Shown: positions 36,746-51,729, numbered from the whole stretch's first letter. The stretch: 62,056 nucleotides of DNA, filler included, from Sluysia triapertura (GCA_046118255.1; 4 parts of 4 records of this genome joined end to end with filler, not necessarily neighbours in it); one strand, 5' to 3'. Notes: generated from the sequence alone by a model not told the origin. Numbers and translations: made by a program.

Positions 36746-39700
36746 TTACAATTTTATTGATATCAATTCATTGCCAGAAGCCAGAAAAATATCCTGTTTT
36801 GTCTGTTCTACTAAAACAGCAGTAATTGGCTGATTACATAATGTTTCAAGACTTTCTATTGAGCTACCAGTATTTATATCTCCATTTTTTAAGTAATATC
36901 TATGAATCATTTTTCGAGAATCCGCTAGAACCAAAGCATTAATATCTAAACTAACACAATGTATATCATGAGTCAATTCCCGCAATTCTTTCATAATCCA
37001 ATTCTGCAAATACAAAATAAAAATTGAATAAGCATAAAAAATTAAAATTTACAATTCCACATCATATCTCAGAAGTTAAGCAAGAATAATAAATTTTTAT
37101 TTTAAGTCTGAAATAAACACGTTTGTTGCCGAGTGACATTTTCAAAAACGGATCCACCACGCCAACAAATCTTAACATACTCGCGTATCAATTCTCGTTT
37201 TTGAGCCCGAAGTCGAAAATTTGTGGCGTGTCTACCTTAAAAATCCAATGCCATTAAAGCAATTCCATGGGCTGTTGTAAAGATTTTCTTTTCAATCTCC
37301 AGTAGCGAACGTGTTAATTAATTAATTGTAAAATAAAAATAAAAAACATGTATTTCTGAGAAACACATTGAATTTTAACGATTATTAATTGTAAAAATTA
37401 TATCGTAGTTGTGAATAATAAAACAATACGAGCTTGATTATATGTCGATTAAGTAAAACAGAAACGTTTTATGAATTAACTAGTAGCTACAGCCTAAACA
37501 CTAATTTCGACCTACGAGATAATTCGTGGTTGAATCAATACCTTTTACAGAAATATTTTAAAATGTTATTTTAAATTGATTTGAAATATCTTTAGAAATT
37601 TTCTTAATGGTATACAATTAATTAAGTATTATAACAGTAGCATAAAATGCGCTAGTGAAAAAAATTATTCGCATAGATATTCAATAAATAAAATTAACTA
37701 ATTTACAAAAAACAAACATTTAACATTACATAGCGGTTAAAGAATTGTTATAAAAGTAATGATTAAATACCAAAAATGTGAATATGATTCGAAAGTAAAC
37801 CTTTAGACACGAATATTGTAATAGTAATTTAAATAAAGTGATATTCAATAATTTTAGTTAATCATTTAGTACGTTTATTTTTTGAAATTCCTTAGATGAT
37901 ATGTTTTTTGACTTGAAAAATGACAAATTTGTTCTTTATTATCTGATAATGTACTTAAAATTAAAAATAAGTTTTGGTACTAAAATAAAAGAATTGTTTA
38001 TTGTTAAATTATTATGGCAATATTACTGCAATTTTGACATGAACCGTGGATTAAATAAAACTATTTTATTTAAATTAAGTTAAAAAATTAATATAGACTA
38101 TATTCTAAATTAGATTGCTGTTGAAATTTAACTATCTTCATAAATCCATGTATGAATTTACGGATAAATCTTTTAAATTTAAAATTAAGCTTGCAAATAT
38201 CCCAATTATAAATTAAAATTCTATTTAAATTAGTAAATAAACATACATGTTTTAATACTATATACAATTTTTTTGTCGTATAACAAACAATTGCTGATGA
38301 ATTTTGAACGATTCCTTTAACTTCTTCTTTAGTATTACCCAAAAACTTACACTTTATAGGACTTCGTTCTGAATCCAAGCACTGTACAGTTCCATCCTAA
38401 AATGTAAATGTAAGCAAATTAGTATACGCATATTTAACTAGCTGAAATCTTATTTTCATGTATTAGCCTTTGCCTACTATTTTCTATTTCCAAAATAACG
38501 AGTAGCACATAAATATTTGACGAAAATGAGAAAATAAGCTCGTACTTATTATGTATACAAGCAAAACAAAATAATTTTGAAAGAAATCAAAATTAAACCT
38601 AATTTTTAAAAGTCATAAAACCTATTGTTACATACGATGAGGAAACGTATTTTCGCAGAATTTAACAATTTTTTTACCCTGAACATTTTTACTAATCATG
38701 TTTTTTATTTGAAATTGTGTAGCCAGATCTAAACATTTTTTGTCTTTTGATCTAATTGTAAAATAAATATTCAAAGGTTGTTTAACAGATAGTTTTAATT
38801 CATAATGCCGAGTTTGAATCAATATTATGTCTCACTGATTATTACTTTATGATAATCTTCAAGTGATTCAATTTTTACTTTAAAATTTTGTTGACAAGAT
38901 TCTGATTGCTTTGGTACTTTCAGTAATAAATTTATACAATACAAATCACAATTCACTTCATAACTGGATGCCGCCGAAGTTCATATGGTTGAGATAATTC
39001 AAGAAAGTAACTTGTCGAATTCATTTATAAAACTTTTTAAAAAGTTCTTTACTTTGGTACACTTTCAAAAAATCGAAAAAAATAAAAATTATAATATAAA
39101 AATATCGTTAGTTTTTTTTTACTTGTTAAGTTTTGTTGTATTTCAAAAAAGCAGCTCAAATTCTGACCTAAAATATTTTATGACTTGTTCAACGGACGTT
39201 TTAAACAGTTCAGTAAAATATATTCATAAACTATATAAACAGAATATTTAAATTTGACCACTTTTCATGTTACCTTTTGTGTGTATTTTAAATCAACTGT
39301 TTTATGAATTTGTAATTTGTAAAATAGTCATTTCACATTTTTATTTAATATTTGTATCTATCCTCTAAAATACTGCGTCTTTGAAACTACCATTTTAAAC
39401 AAAGGAGTAAGCTTCTCAATTTTGTGATTAAAAGTTATTGTAAGTTAATGTATGAAGTAATTATTAATTCATATTAGCATACATAGTTAAGACAACATTA
39501 TTTTATCTCTAATGTTCTTTAAGATTAATTTCTAAAATCCTACGAATAAGTTATTTGGATTACAGGCGAACTCATTTAAGTGTAATCTTTCAATTTATGA
39601 GATTAGAGTAAACGAAACCACATTTGTTTAATTATTTACTGTCATCCTAAGATCTAGATATACATAATCCCAACTCGAGGTACAAATTAAACATAATCTT

Positions 39701-42700
39701 AGACAAATGGCATCAAACTTTGCAATATCATAATAATTTAACAAACAATTTATTAACAATTACTTATTAAAATAATAATAATGTTAAATTATTAAAACAG
39801 CAACATAATACTCAAGTAATACTCAATACAATGTAATATTTTATCGAATGTTTGAAACTATAAAATGCTACGCTTAATTAAATCGAATGTTTGAAAATAA
39901 AACGTTATAATGATACTTTCAAAATAAGTTTGTAAGACTTTCAAATAAGTTAAATATTATGCTCTAATTGATTGGAAACAATACAATAATCGAATGTATG
40001 AATATAATATAAAAATAAAAATGAATAATTTGTAAAATGGTGAGCCATACGAAACATATGAAATAAAGTTTAGAGGCTTAGAACTATCATTTACACTGAT
40101 TACACACTCCCATCTCTGTCAGCAGAGACAAGTAACGAAGACATAAAAATCAATATATATAAATTAAATAAAATAAAATCGATTAAGATTGTAGAGACTG
40201 AAATTAATTTGACAAGTGAGACTGATTAAATACGTAACACATACTAATAGTAGAAGAGATTTCAAACAGAATAAAAGTGTAATATAATCTTAATATTTTG
40301 TAATATTCATTTTGTAAAATAATGTCCACATCTTAAAAATAATACTCATTTTTATTATAAAACTAATGTTAAAATAATTATTATTCATGAGAATTTTAAT
40401 TCTAAAATAATATTAAAATAATTTTAAAAATAATGCTCAAAAAACTGCTGAGATTATAATGTTGTATCAATTTAAAATGAGATTACATACAGTTAATATA
40501 AATTCAAAATTTAGTAATAAATAAGAATCAAATTTAAATTGAAATTTTATAAATGAGATTCAATAATGACAATATGATATTAAAATTCATAAACATCAAA
40601 CCTAATTACTATAGTCAACAAATCATTTTAAATTAAGAATTAATAACAGTGATATGAAATCTAATTTTAAGAGCACAAAACTCGATCAAAATTGTCTTTA
40701 ACTCACGATTTAAAATATGTAAGATAAAATTATATTAAAGTGAGATTGAACAGAACTAGCATGTAATTAAAAACTAACAGCATTACTCTCAATCAAAACT
40801 ATTATTAGTGACTAAAATCATCTTAAATTATAAGTAATATCAAATTAAAATTCAGGCAGAAAGTACAATTAACAATACAATTAAAAAGAAAATATTAATG
40901 TTATATATTTGTAGTTCAACCAACACATAATATTGTATTAAATTTGTACTAAATATTTATAGTTATAACTAAACTAGTATTATATTTGACTAAAAACAAT
41001 CAAAAAATTTATTATTATTTACATTAAATAATTTACTATATTTGAATTTCCAGTAAATAATCTACTATATTATCATCAAATAATTAGAATTTAAATTAAA
41101 TAATTTACTATATTGTCAAATAATTGGAATTATATGCTAAAAAAAGGTATAAATATCAAAGTTTGAAAAATGAACGACGACTTGACGATACATGTGATCC
41201 TATTATTGATAAAAAATCAGTTTATCAACCGAGACTATTAAACGTGAAGTTACATTTATCCAATATCACCTTAAAGATCGCGATCGTGGCACCGAAACTC
41301 TTTACTATTATGCCTTCAAAACCATTAAAATTTTAGACATTTCAACACATTTCAAGTTCACAATTCTTCAACATTAAAATCATTAATTACATCAAAAACC
41401 ATTAAAATTATATTTTAAATTCAAATTTAGTAATATGTTAAATGGAATTTCGCTCAACGCCTTCAACTTCGTTAAATCTCTGTCATAATTTCTCTTTTCT
41501 CTAATTTTTTAACTATCTTTCCTTTTTCTCATTTTACGCAGTTTTATTTAGTTCAGCGTATAAATTCTCTTCAACAATTTATAACAAAGATTTCAAATTT
41601 AACAAATTCAAGTTTAACTACCTTAACATTACACAATAGTTCAAAGATTTTTAACTCAAACATTTATAGAATCAGAAATTTCAAGAAACTTATTTATTTA
41701 ATAAGATTTAATTAACAAAAAAGCAAGAATCGCAAAAAGACACGAATAGACTATACATTCACAAATCATCTACATTTTACCTTTCACTTAAAGAATTAGA
41801 AAAGAACTATTTCAATATTATATCAAAAAGAATTTCGATATTAAATAAAGAGAAATGTATGAAAGAGATGTTATGCATTGTAATTATTTTTATTCATTTT
41901 GTTATTTTTTATTATTATTCTCATTTTATTAGGATTATTAATCTTTATTATTATTGATTAATATTTGCATTATTATCACTATTATTATCTTCATTTTAAT
42001 TACGCCTGACAACAAATGGCACTTAATCATTTCAGGCTAACACAAATTTTACAACATTTAATCTTTTCTCACGTTAACTGAAAAACATTTCATTGAAATT
42101 TTAATTTAACATAGCAACAAAAAAGTAATTGCTCTCTATCGGCCAACTAATCAATATTCACAATAATTTGTTACAACACATTATTTTGTATAATTGTTTC
42201 ATTATTATACAAAATTCATTTTAGTAAACAATTTTTTTTAATGTTTTGATAATTATTTAAAAAACAATATATCTGAATCATTGGAAAATAAAAATATCAT
42301 TTCGTAAAGTGTATATTCTTTAATCAATGAAAAGTGTTAGTTTTCCAGATTTAAACAAATATTTAGATTTTCAAATGTTTACTAAAGTCATACCAAATGA
42401 CCATGATGAAACTCAAATAATCATGATGAAATTTAAATGTATAATAAAGTCATAACAAATGATTATGATAAAACTAAGTTCAATAATTTATTAAATAATC
42501 AGAGTAATAAAGAGATAACCCGTTCCATGAGTTTCAAATGAATGTTCATCTGTCAAAGATCTATTTAATAAATTTGTGTCAAAAACATTTAAATTCGAAA
42601 TCGATCGTTCGTAAACCGTACAAAGTATAATGTGAATAAATATAATGATAATTATATAAATATAATTAATTCCAATCTCAATGCATTGCTTGATTCAAAT

Positions 42701-44141
42701 ATTCAACAGCAATTAATCATGTCACATCGTCAGGTAAATGTGTCAAACATGCAGAACTTTGTTCGTATGCACATGGACTGAACGAGCTGGTACCAATCTC
42801 TGGAATGTTTAAAGAAAAATCATCTTGGCCGTCATATTGTCTTATCAACGACTTTAATCAAGTAAACTTTATTTGTTTTACAAATTTTATGATTCTTAAT
42901 ACTGATTTTAAATTTTTCATAATTTTATTTATAGGATGTGATGAAGAATGTCACATAGTATATTTAAGAAATAAAAAAAGAAATTTTTGTGTTTTTTATA
43001 AATTTTATCAATAAATGTTTAATAATTTATGTTATCTTTAGTATTAGTGAATTTTATAAAATTTCAGATATAAATTAGATAACCTTTAACTTTTTAATAA
43101 GATTTTATAATATGAATATATGTAACAAAAACATATTCTCATATAAATGGTGTAAAGGTATAATACCCCAAAAAAATCATAATTCAAGTTTAATTATTTC
43201 TATAAATATCAAATAAAATTAGAATTATTATTTTAAATAAATTTCATTGCAACTATACATTGCTTATTGTTGATTTTGAAATAAAACCATTGTAGTCTTA
43301 TTGAGTTTCTTAATAGAGAAAAGGGATTGTGAATAGAGTCACGGAATAAACACTGTAATAAGAGTCGCATAAAATAAGAACAAAAATTGACAAAATAAAA
43401 GTTTTGAAAGGAATAAGATCTTGAATGAGTAAAATTTTATAGAAAAATAAAGTGATATTGTCTCTAGAAGTTTGACAAAGCACAATAAGATAAGAACAAA
43501 TTAAATTAAAAAAAATTCTTTTTGAAGTAAACTATTAAAAAGGCACTTCTATCTCAAATATCTGAGACGAGTATTTCAGTTCACACTTCCAGATAAAGCA
43601 AACATAATAAACAAAATATAGATATTTCTTGCAGGATTAGTGAATAGGAGAAATTTATATTAATAAAAGATAGCACCTCCAGATAAATTTAAATAATAAT
43701 ATAAAATGAAAATATTAAAGAGGTTTAGACCATTACCAGAAACCAAGAGTTCATTGCAAGCACCCTCAAACTTTATTAAAGAATCACTTATTAAATTAAT
43801 TTTTACAAAAGCTAAAACCCATTACATATTATTTGTCAAACACATTCTATTGCTAAGCCTAATTTCTTAAATTTTACATTAATATAATAATAATATAAAT
43901 TAATGATTAAAAAGCTAACCTTTTCTGCTATAACCATATAATTGCTGTTTGAAACTCTTGAAACGCACATAGAAACTATTCGGGTTTTGAAAAAATTTTT
44001 ATTTGATAATACTTCCGCTTTAGAAATGTCAATAGTAATAAGATCACAATTTGATAAAGCCACGTATATCTTAAATTTTAAAACACACCAACAATCAATT
44101 GTTGAGGTAAACAATGCAATTTCCTTCACGGGACTCGAACA
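36746..44141 (-). CDS. 3' part of a WD40/beta-propeller-like protein gene (exons 44141-43920, 38396-38247, 37003-36746; 5' exons not identified)
   Basis: All junctions are phase 0 GT-AG; the spliced product contains IVSMCVS..YMVIAEK|DGTVQCLD, HDIHCVSLD..LVLADSRKMIHRY and QPITAVLV..DIFLASGNELISIKL*. Confidence 0.65.
37118..37313. mobile_element. piggyBac-type MITE (196 bp) inside an intron
   Basis: TAAA-cacgtttgttgc ... gtagcgaacgtg-TTAA: imperfect TIRs flanked by TTAA-like sites. Confidence 0.65.
41290..42200. repeat. Dispersed repeat family B, inverted copy inside the 5.5-kb intron
   Basis: Reverse-complement similarity to 28255-29122; boundaries approximate. Confidence 0.65.
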
Positions 44142-44466
44142 CTGAATATTTGTTATAATAATGTGCAAAAGTCTAATTAATGTTTATCATTGCTTCCGAT
44201 TTTTTAATTTGTTTGCATAAAATTAAAAATTTCCTAATAAATTATATTTTCGAAAGTTCTTATATTCTAAATCATTTTTAATGTGCATATATTCATTTTA
44301 ATATGATGGTGTAATATGTACTTTTTAAACCTAGATAATAAAAATATATTATAAATATGAAAATTATCTGAAATAAATAAAATGATTTAATGAAATAACT
44401 GCATGCGATTGAAAGTTCACCGCTAAAACGTGATTACATTATAATTAATTACATAAAACTTTATCG

Positions 44467-45316
44467 CGTCAAAATATAACAATCAAAAAAGTCGCCAGTT
44501 GAAAATATAGCTGAATTAAAAATAACATTAGTAAAGAAACTTATGTAATTCATATGTGATTTTTTCCATATAGGATTCATATATGGAAAATTCACATAGA
44601 ATTTTTTCCAGATCTGAACTGTTCCACTCTACTTTGATTTAGATCTTGTTCCTTTAGAATAGCGTCTACATTGATGCTAAGAACTTAATTGTGAACTGAA
44701 AGATCTGTGTCATCCTTCAACTGAATTATTATCCTCAAAACATCATAACAGTTCTATAATTCAATATGAAACCTCGCTATTGTTGTGGAATAATTTAATT
44801 CATTAACGATGTTGGTGATGGTAATGGATATATAGTTTGTCTTCTTTCTTGTTAAATAGTTTTGTTATTACTTTGGATTTTCGGAAGTGATGTAGATGTA
44901 GCTTGTGATAATTTTGATGCTGATAATGGTATTATTTGTTGTAAATGTCCATTAATTTCGTTTATTATTTTTCGTGCATTAATATTATCTGGATTAGAAA
45001 TGTGTCTATGATTGTTCAATTCCCATATAACTTAATTACCTTTTGTGTGACATCTTCCTTTACATTTACCAGACCTAAATTCCACACAACGCCAAATATT
45101 AAATTCGTTTTCCATTGCTTTTGAATATAAAATTTTCCTTTTTGACTCCTAATAAAATCCATTGTTGGATGTTAATATAAGCAATATAAATATAATTTAA
45201 ATGAAATTAATGAAGATACGGCTACATAATTTAATAGAATGTAATAAAAATTATAATTTTATAATTTTTATATATTATATTTTGTTTGCGATATTTTTGT
45301 TTGCTATATTTGGACG
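44467..45316 (-). mobile_element. Internally deleted Mutator-like element (FLYWCH-MULE transposase remnant) with TIRs
   Basis: ATG at 45162: MDFIRSQKGK..WRCVEFRSGKCKGRCHT..NNHRH (FLYWCH), LPKIQS..PLPSPTSL..IP, then NNSVEG*HRSF..LKEQ; TIRs cgtcaaaatataacaatcaaaaaagtcgc and gcgatatttttgtttgctatatttggacg. Confidence 0.8.
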
Positions 45317-46925
45317 AGGAACGACGAAACTACAAATTATTACTTACATTAATTTTATGAAGAATAGCTTTTGTTGAAGAAACAGATATTAAAAAGTCAT
45401 TACATTGTAATATACAAATTACATCTTCTTTTAGATGACCTTCATAATATATTGGATAAGGCTATATTAAAAAATAAAGGTATTGCAGAATATAAATTTA
45501 CATTTTTTTGATATGAGCATAATCCATTTTTACCTGCGATAAAAATGCCGAGTTTATTCTTAATAATCTGATTTATTGTGTACTTGCTATTAAGTTTTGC
45601 TAAAAATAAATGCGGCCTGTAATTATAAAAATTAACAGAATTAATTATAAATTACATTAATTTATAATTTTAATTAAATAAATAAATCTAATATTAAAAT
45701 AATTTTAATATAACTTTTTATTCCATAGTTCAAGAACATGAACAAATTCAAAATTGAAAAGAAACTTTTCATAAATACACTCAAAAAATAAGTATGAAGC
45801 TTACGAACTTAAATAGCCAAGGAGAAGCTGCATATAATTAGTAAAAACACTTATTAGCGAAAAACATGTACTAATACTAATAGAAATAAATTAGTGCGTA
45901 TGAAAATTTACTATAGTATCTTTAAATATAAAGAAATTACCAACAGCCAAAACTGTATTATAGAAAGTTGACACTAAAGAGGTTAAAATGGGTAGAATAA
46001 AATTTAAAGTAATTTTACTATAGAATAAAATAATTAATTATAGAATAATTAAATAATTTGACAAAATTAATTATAGGAAAACATTGATTATGAAGAATTT
46101 AACCAAATAAATCCTATATAAATTGGTATTTTTCACTAAAACACAATAAAAATTTTATGGGAATCCAGTTACTATATTTCTTAACCATTGGTAAAATAAT
46201 TGCAATATCTTAAGATTAAAATATATATAATCATGCTTTTTCATTTAAGGTATTACGTATGGCATTTTTATTTTTATTTTGAATATTTTGTAATAAAATT
46301 TGATAAAGTTTTGGAAATAGACTTTATTCAATCAAGTTTTTGTTAATTTTTTTATTGTATAATTGATACCTTGAAAAAGAATTACGATTTCACGGAGTGT
46401 TTATAAGAGAGACTTAAAATCATTAAATATTAGTCAAAGTATTGTGATATAGAATTAAATTAACTAAATTTGATGAGAATTTAAAAGTAAAGCCGTTACA
46501 AAGTTTAAAGAGTTTTATTTATCTTTTTTTGCGAATAATTTTAAAGTTAGTAAAGATTATTAATCTTTAGTAAAAGCAATATTTCTCATCTAAACTTACG
46601 TTAAGACAAAAGATTTTTCATTTTTAAATAATAAACACAATATACGTTTTTATTACAATATCACTAACTTAGTATAACTTTTTAATATTTGAACTATGAA
46701 AACTAACGAAGGAGATAGTTTAATTAAAATTCGACTGCGATCGTCCACTAAAGATCTGAAATACAGTAATATTACATACTCAAAAAATCGACTATTTTTA
46801 TTTTTATTCAGATTCAAAAAACAAACCTTTTTAAACACAAATTAGAACTTTCTTTCACATTTCGTGTACTATCAGGAAATGAATGAGTCTTGTAATTACT
46901 TAAATTTATACTAAGCTGGTCACGA

Positions 46926-46935
46926 TTACTATTAC

Positions 46936-46989
<54 letters not shown>

Positions 46990-47011
46990 TACTATTATTA
47001 TTATTATTATT
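46926..47011. repeat. (TAT/TAC)n microsatellite
   Basis: About 28 units. Confidence 0.95.
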
Positions 47012-47354
47012 AAAAATAACGTAGAAATAGCTAAGAGTAATTCAATGAAAATTATAATTTTCTAGGAGATACTTAGTTAATTTTTCTTTTCATCAAATCC
47101 TTAAATGATACTGTTTACAGATATTTAGTGTTTAAAATATCTTTTCTGGTAGTGTGTTTCTTAATTTTGATTTTTAATTTAAAACTTATCGAAATATTAA
47201 AGTAACACTATTCGCTCAAATTAATTTAACAGACTTAAACACACAAAATATAATTAGTATTAATTAGGCTCAAATAAGCAAATTTATAAATTCATTAATT
47301 ATCTGAAAATGCGAATATTACTTTATATTAACTTTAATTTTTCTATAATTTGAA

Positions 47355-48800
47355 ATGAAATTTTTAGTTCCAATAGTAATATTAATTATGCTACAGATGG
47401 AAGAATATTTATTCCAAGGTAGAAACTTTATTAATAATAAAATGTTTTTCAGAATATAAATTTGATTTTTCACCAAATCCTGTTACAATTCGAAATTACG
47501 CAAAAATAGGCGAAGAAGTCAAGTTTAATTGTCCTGTATTAAAAATATTAACTAATGTTTTTCACGAAAATAATTTAGTACTAAGCGTTAAAGATAAAAA
47601 TATATTTAAAAATAACCGAAGCGATCGTTTAAAAATGGAAATTCGTGACAAATATTATTGGTTTACAATAAAAAAATTTAAAATAACAGATTATGGAAAA
47701 TGGGCTTGTGGTAAACTTAAAATTTATTACTTTTACAGCCTCAGTACGTTTAGTTTGATCTGAATTTATTATTTAATTAAATTATTATTGATTAAAAAGG
47801 TAATATTTTTAAGATGAGGGCAAAATGGAAATACAATGTACCAAGACGAATGCAAATATCAGTCCATATACTAAAATGAACCTTCATTATTCTTTGGAAG
47901 GAAATGGAACCAAAGAGTATCCCTACGACTTAAGAAATGGCATTGGTTTAAAAATTGTATGTTTTTGCAAGAAACAAATAAAGGATTTAAAATTTCTTTT
48001 AGAATTTAAAGATAATGTTAGCAAATTGTTCGAGATTTTAAATATCTTTTTAGAATCAGAATAAATTTACGAAAATATTGAACAATTCAGCTACTGAACA
48101 AAATTCAAGTCAAAACATTTCGATACATTGTTCAAAATTACGTTTAACAGGAATCAATCGCATTAGCTGTAGCTCTTTTTTTAATGACACTTTCATGAAT
48201 GTATTAGATCAAAAGGATATATTTATTATGTGTTCATGTTAGAATAATGTTATTAAAATTTGGAAAAAAATAAATTTTAAACAAAATTTTGTATAATTAA
48301 AAAAATTTTATTAATTTATTAACCAATATTTTATTCTCTATATAAAACTCTGCCTTAAACATACTAGACATTAACTAAATGAATTCGAATTCAAATATCA
48401 AATTTAGCTTTAAGGCTTTTTAGTTCAAACTTAATGTCAGTAATAATCGCTTTATATTATATGATATTTAGCTTATTTTAAATTTGTTTATTTTTCAAAA
48501 TGTGTTTTGAATTTTTATCAAAAACTAATTTGAAAATGACAAACTTAAGTTACTTAAGCTAGGTTTATGAATCAAAATGATTTAAATATTTTTAATTTTA
48601 CAGTTTTACATAGTTATTTTAAATTTGTTTCTAATTACATTAATTATTTATTTTCAGATAAAAACTTCGATTGGTCATTAACAGCGCAAGAAATTGTTAT
48701 AATTTCAATAGGATTTTCAGTATTATTGATTTATTTGATCCTATTATTTTGTCATTTATGTAAATATTGCCGCATTAGAAAAGTGCTAATTCATCAGTAA
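47355..48800 (+). CDS. Type I membrane protein with an N-terminal Ig (V/I-set-like) domain, 294 aa (exons 47355-47418, 47453-47743, 47814-48016, 48054-48237, 48658-48800)
   Basis: Signal peptide MKFLVPIVILIML; IGEEVKFNC...DRLKM..WFTIKKFKITDYGKWAC (Ig B- and F-strand cysteines, DxGxxxC); TM helix IVIISIGFSVLLIYLILLF; short Cys-rich tail; 885 nt spliced in frame. Confidence 0.8.
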
Positions 48801-50472
48801 CAATATTTGCCAATATATTGTCGTATATTTATGTAAATCTTAATTTTTATGCATAGTTTTATTTTAATTCAAACTATAAAATTCAATAGTTCAAATATTT
48901 TTTAAAAATGTTCAAAATCTATTTCATGAAAATATTGTACATAAGATGCATTATTTACAAAATATCGGTGAAGAAAGCGCCCATTCGGATCTAGGATTAG
49001 CTGAAGGAAAATTATACCACCAAATAAAATTAACAAGCACCACAAGAAGAGTCAAACTAATATTTAAATGCTCAACTAAGAAAACTTCAAACTACAAAGT
49101 TAAAAGTTATAAATAGTATTTACGCATAAATTACTCCATGTATTTGTAATACGCTTCCAAAATTTTTGAATATTAGAATATCATTATTATATATTTACAT
49201 TATATAAATTATTACAAACATTAAATAAAAATAAAAATGATAAGTATAAAATATCTTTCTTTAAAAAATCCATTTTAATTATATCAACGATAAAAGTGAC
49301 TGTAGAAGGTCACCTACAAAAATAACCCACCATTAACTGACACAAAGAAATTCTTTTGTACGTGTTTCGGTGATACAATATATTTATTGATTAATGAAAG
49401 TCTTAATTTAAAAATTTTTCTAATCAATTTTAGGAAAGTAAATAGTATATATTTAAAATTAAATGTTTGTTTAGAAAATTCAAAGTTATATGCATAAATA
49501 TTTTTGAGATGAAAACATTATTGAAATTTGTAACTTAATTATGAATTTTGATATATTGTTTAGGTACCTTTAGGTTAAGTGATAAAAAAAGTCTTCAAAA
49601 GCTTATAAATGTAAAATTCAGATCACGTACAAAAGTTATAACTTATGGCAAAGGTATATTTTCGACTCGTCTTTATGTACTATCGTTCACAAAGTATTCA
49701 ATTTATATGGCATAATATAACATAATAAAACATGACTAAACTAATAATGAAAAAATTTAAGAAACAATAAAAAATTATCATCTCTGAATAATAATAATAA
49801 TAATTTAAACAAACGAAAATGCATTTCATTTATGAGTTTGGGTTTGGTTGAAAAAACCAGAGCGGTTTTAAATTATTTTGTCCATAATTTGATAATTTGT
49901 AGTTTTTTTCTTAAAAGGAAATTGAGTTAAATTAAAATTAAGTTTTCAATAAAATAAAATTTAATTAAGAGAAGGTGATACGATTTAGGCCGTTTTAAGA
50001 TTTAAGAACAGTTCCTTAGTGATTTTATTAAGTTGGTTGATATTGAAATGTGTCTGAGAGAAATATTTATATTGCTTACTAATTTTATGCAGATTATACA
50101 GCGTTTATGGATGCATTGCACGAACAAGTTGATTCGAAGTTACCAAATCTGCCATCTTGAATTTTTAACACAATAAATAAGGGGTATTGAACTTTGATAC
50201 CATTTATTTGAATTATTACAGTGAATTACATATTTAATTAATAAAATCGAACTATTTAATTTAATTGATATTATTAGAAAATTGTGACTGTAAAACAAAA
50301 AAACATGTATTGACTAAACATGACAAGAACTAAAATTTTTAATAAGATCATAAAAAAGCAATATATAAAGTTTATTTTTCCTTGAATATGCCATCGAAAG
50401 TATTTTGCTTTTTTTCTAAATAAAAATAAAAATATATAATTGCAAATAAAATCAAGAAAATGTGATTATTTA

Positions 50473-50986
50473 CCTTAAGTATGTCAAAACTTTGAGGACT
50501 GGACGAGATGTTAGCTTGCTGACCATTGGTAAGTGTGAGACAATTGATGGAAGGTTTTCCAAAATCTGGTGTGGTTCTTAAACTTGATAGTAAGTAATGA
50601 ATTAGCTTACTATGATCATCGACCTTTGGCATGAAATAAATATATTTATAGCCAAATATGACGCATTCACCTGCTTCATTTGACTCATAAATACACAGTG
50701 CTATTTTATAATATCTTGGATGGAATTTATTTTTGCTGTTTCTGATCTTGATATGCGAGTATTGTTGATTGATTTTGAAAGGATATCAATAGCCGATAGA
50801 ATTTGGTTATTATTACTTAATCTGATAAAAGTACTAGGCGTTAGTGCTGAAGTTGAAATTGGATAATTAATACTTGCTACGTTTCTGACGATATTTGAAC
50901 AAAGAGCATCAGGAAAAATTGCTGAGATACTATCATTAACACTAGAATTACCAAGGCAGTCAAAATGACGGCTTTTAATTTTCTTG
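50473..50986 (-). pseudogene. Unkempt-type CCCH zinc-finger gene, copy 2 (frameshifted; third Cys to Tyr, His lost)
   Basis: KFHPRYYKIALC-IYESNEAGE-C-VIFGYK-Y; the flanks match copy 1 (NSSVN..SNI; INQQYSHIKI vs INPNSYIPIRI; LLSSLRTTPDF vs LISSLQLSPSF). Confidence 0.65.
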
Positions 50987-51025
50987 CTAGAAAATTATAT
51001 AATTACAAATAATAATTTATTGAAA

Positions 51026-51125
51026 NNNNNNNNNNNNNNNNNNNNNNNNNNNNNNNNNNNNNNNNNNNNTTAATTAATTAANNNNNNNNNNNNNNNNNNN
51101 NNNNNNNNNNNNNNNNNNNNNNNNN
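51026..51125. other. Artificial contig linker (44 N + TTAATTAATTAA + 44 N)
   Basis: Same 100-bp spacer. Confidence 0.95.
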
Positions 51126-51729
51126 AAATCCTTTAAAACTCCAAACGAGGTTGAGCTAGTTAATAAACTTACTATCGATATTATAGTTTTATAAAAAATC
51201 TTTGTAAGAATTTTAATTAGTTTTTTCTTTGTTAATAATATACTTGAAGAGTGTTAGATTGTTCTCAATCGATAAACTTATAAAATCATTTTTGTTAGCA
51301 ATACATTAATACGGGTTGCTGTAATTTTAATTAAACAACACCCCGTAAAGGGTTGTATTAAATTAATTGAAGAGTTACAAGCGATTAATCATTGCCATAT
51401 AAGCCGTAAGTCATAGATAAAAGTTTTTCTAAAGTTATTAAGTTAAGTTATAAAAATCCTAATAGTACGTCTCCAATAGTGGTATAAACCGTATATATTA
51501 GGCGAACCTACTCATCAGATATTTCGCAAGTAGGTTGAGTTCTTTTAAGAAAAAACCCTCGCAAATAGATCTGCGTCTCTGGCGTTAAAAATCATTTTAC
51601 GAAATGTTGTTACTGTAATTGACGTATTGTAGTGTGCCCAAATAATCTTTGAACAGCCGCTGGTAGTGCTTATATCATCTTGGCCTTTGGAGGTGACATT
51701 CGTAAGATCGCGAGCATATGTTGGATGAC

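Noticed and set aside
43942-44145. Plus-strand ORF (also 51784-52020)
   Set aside because: Antisense shadows of minus-strand coding sequence
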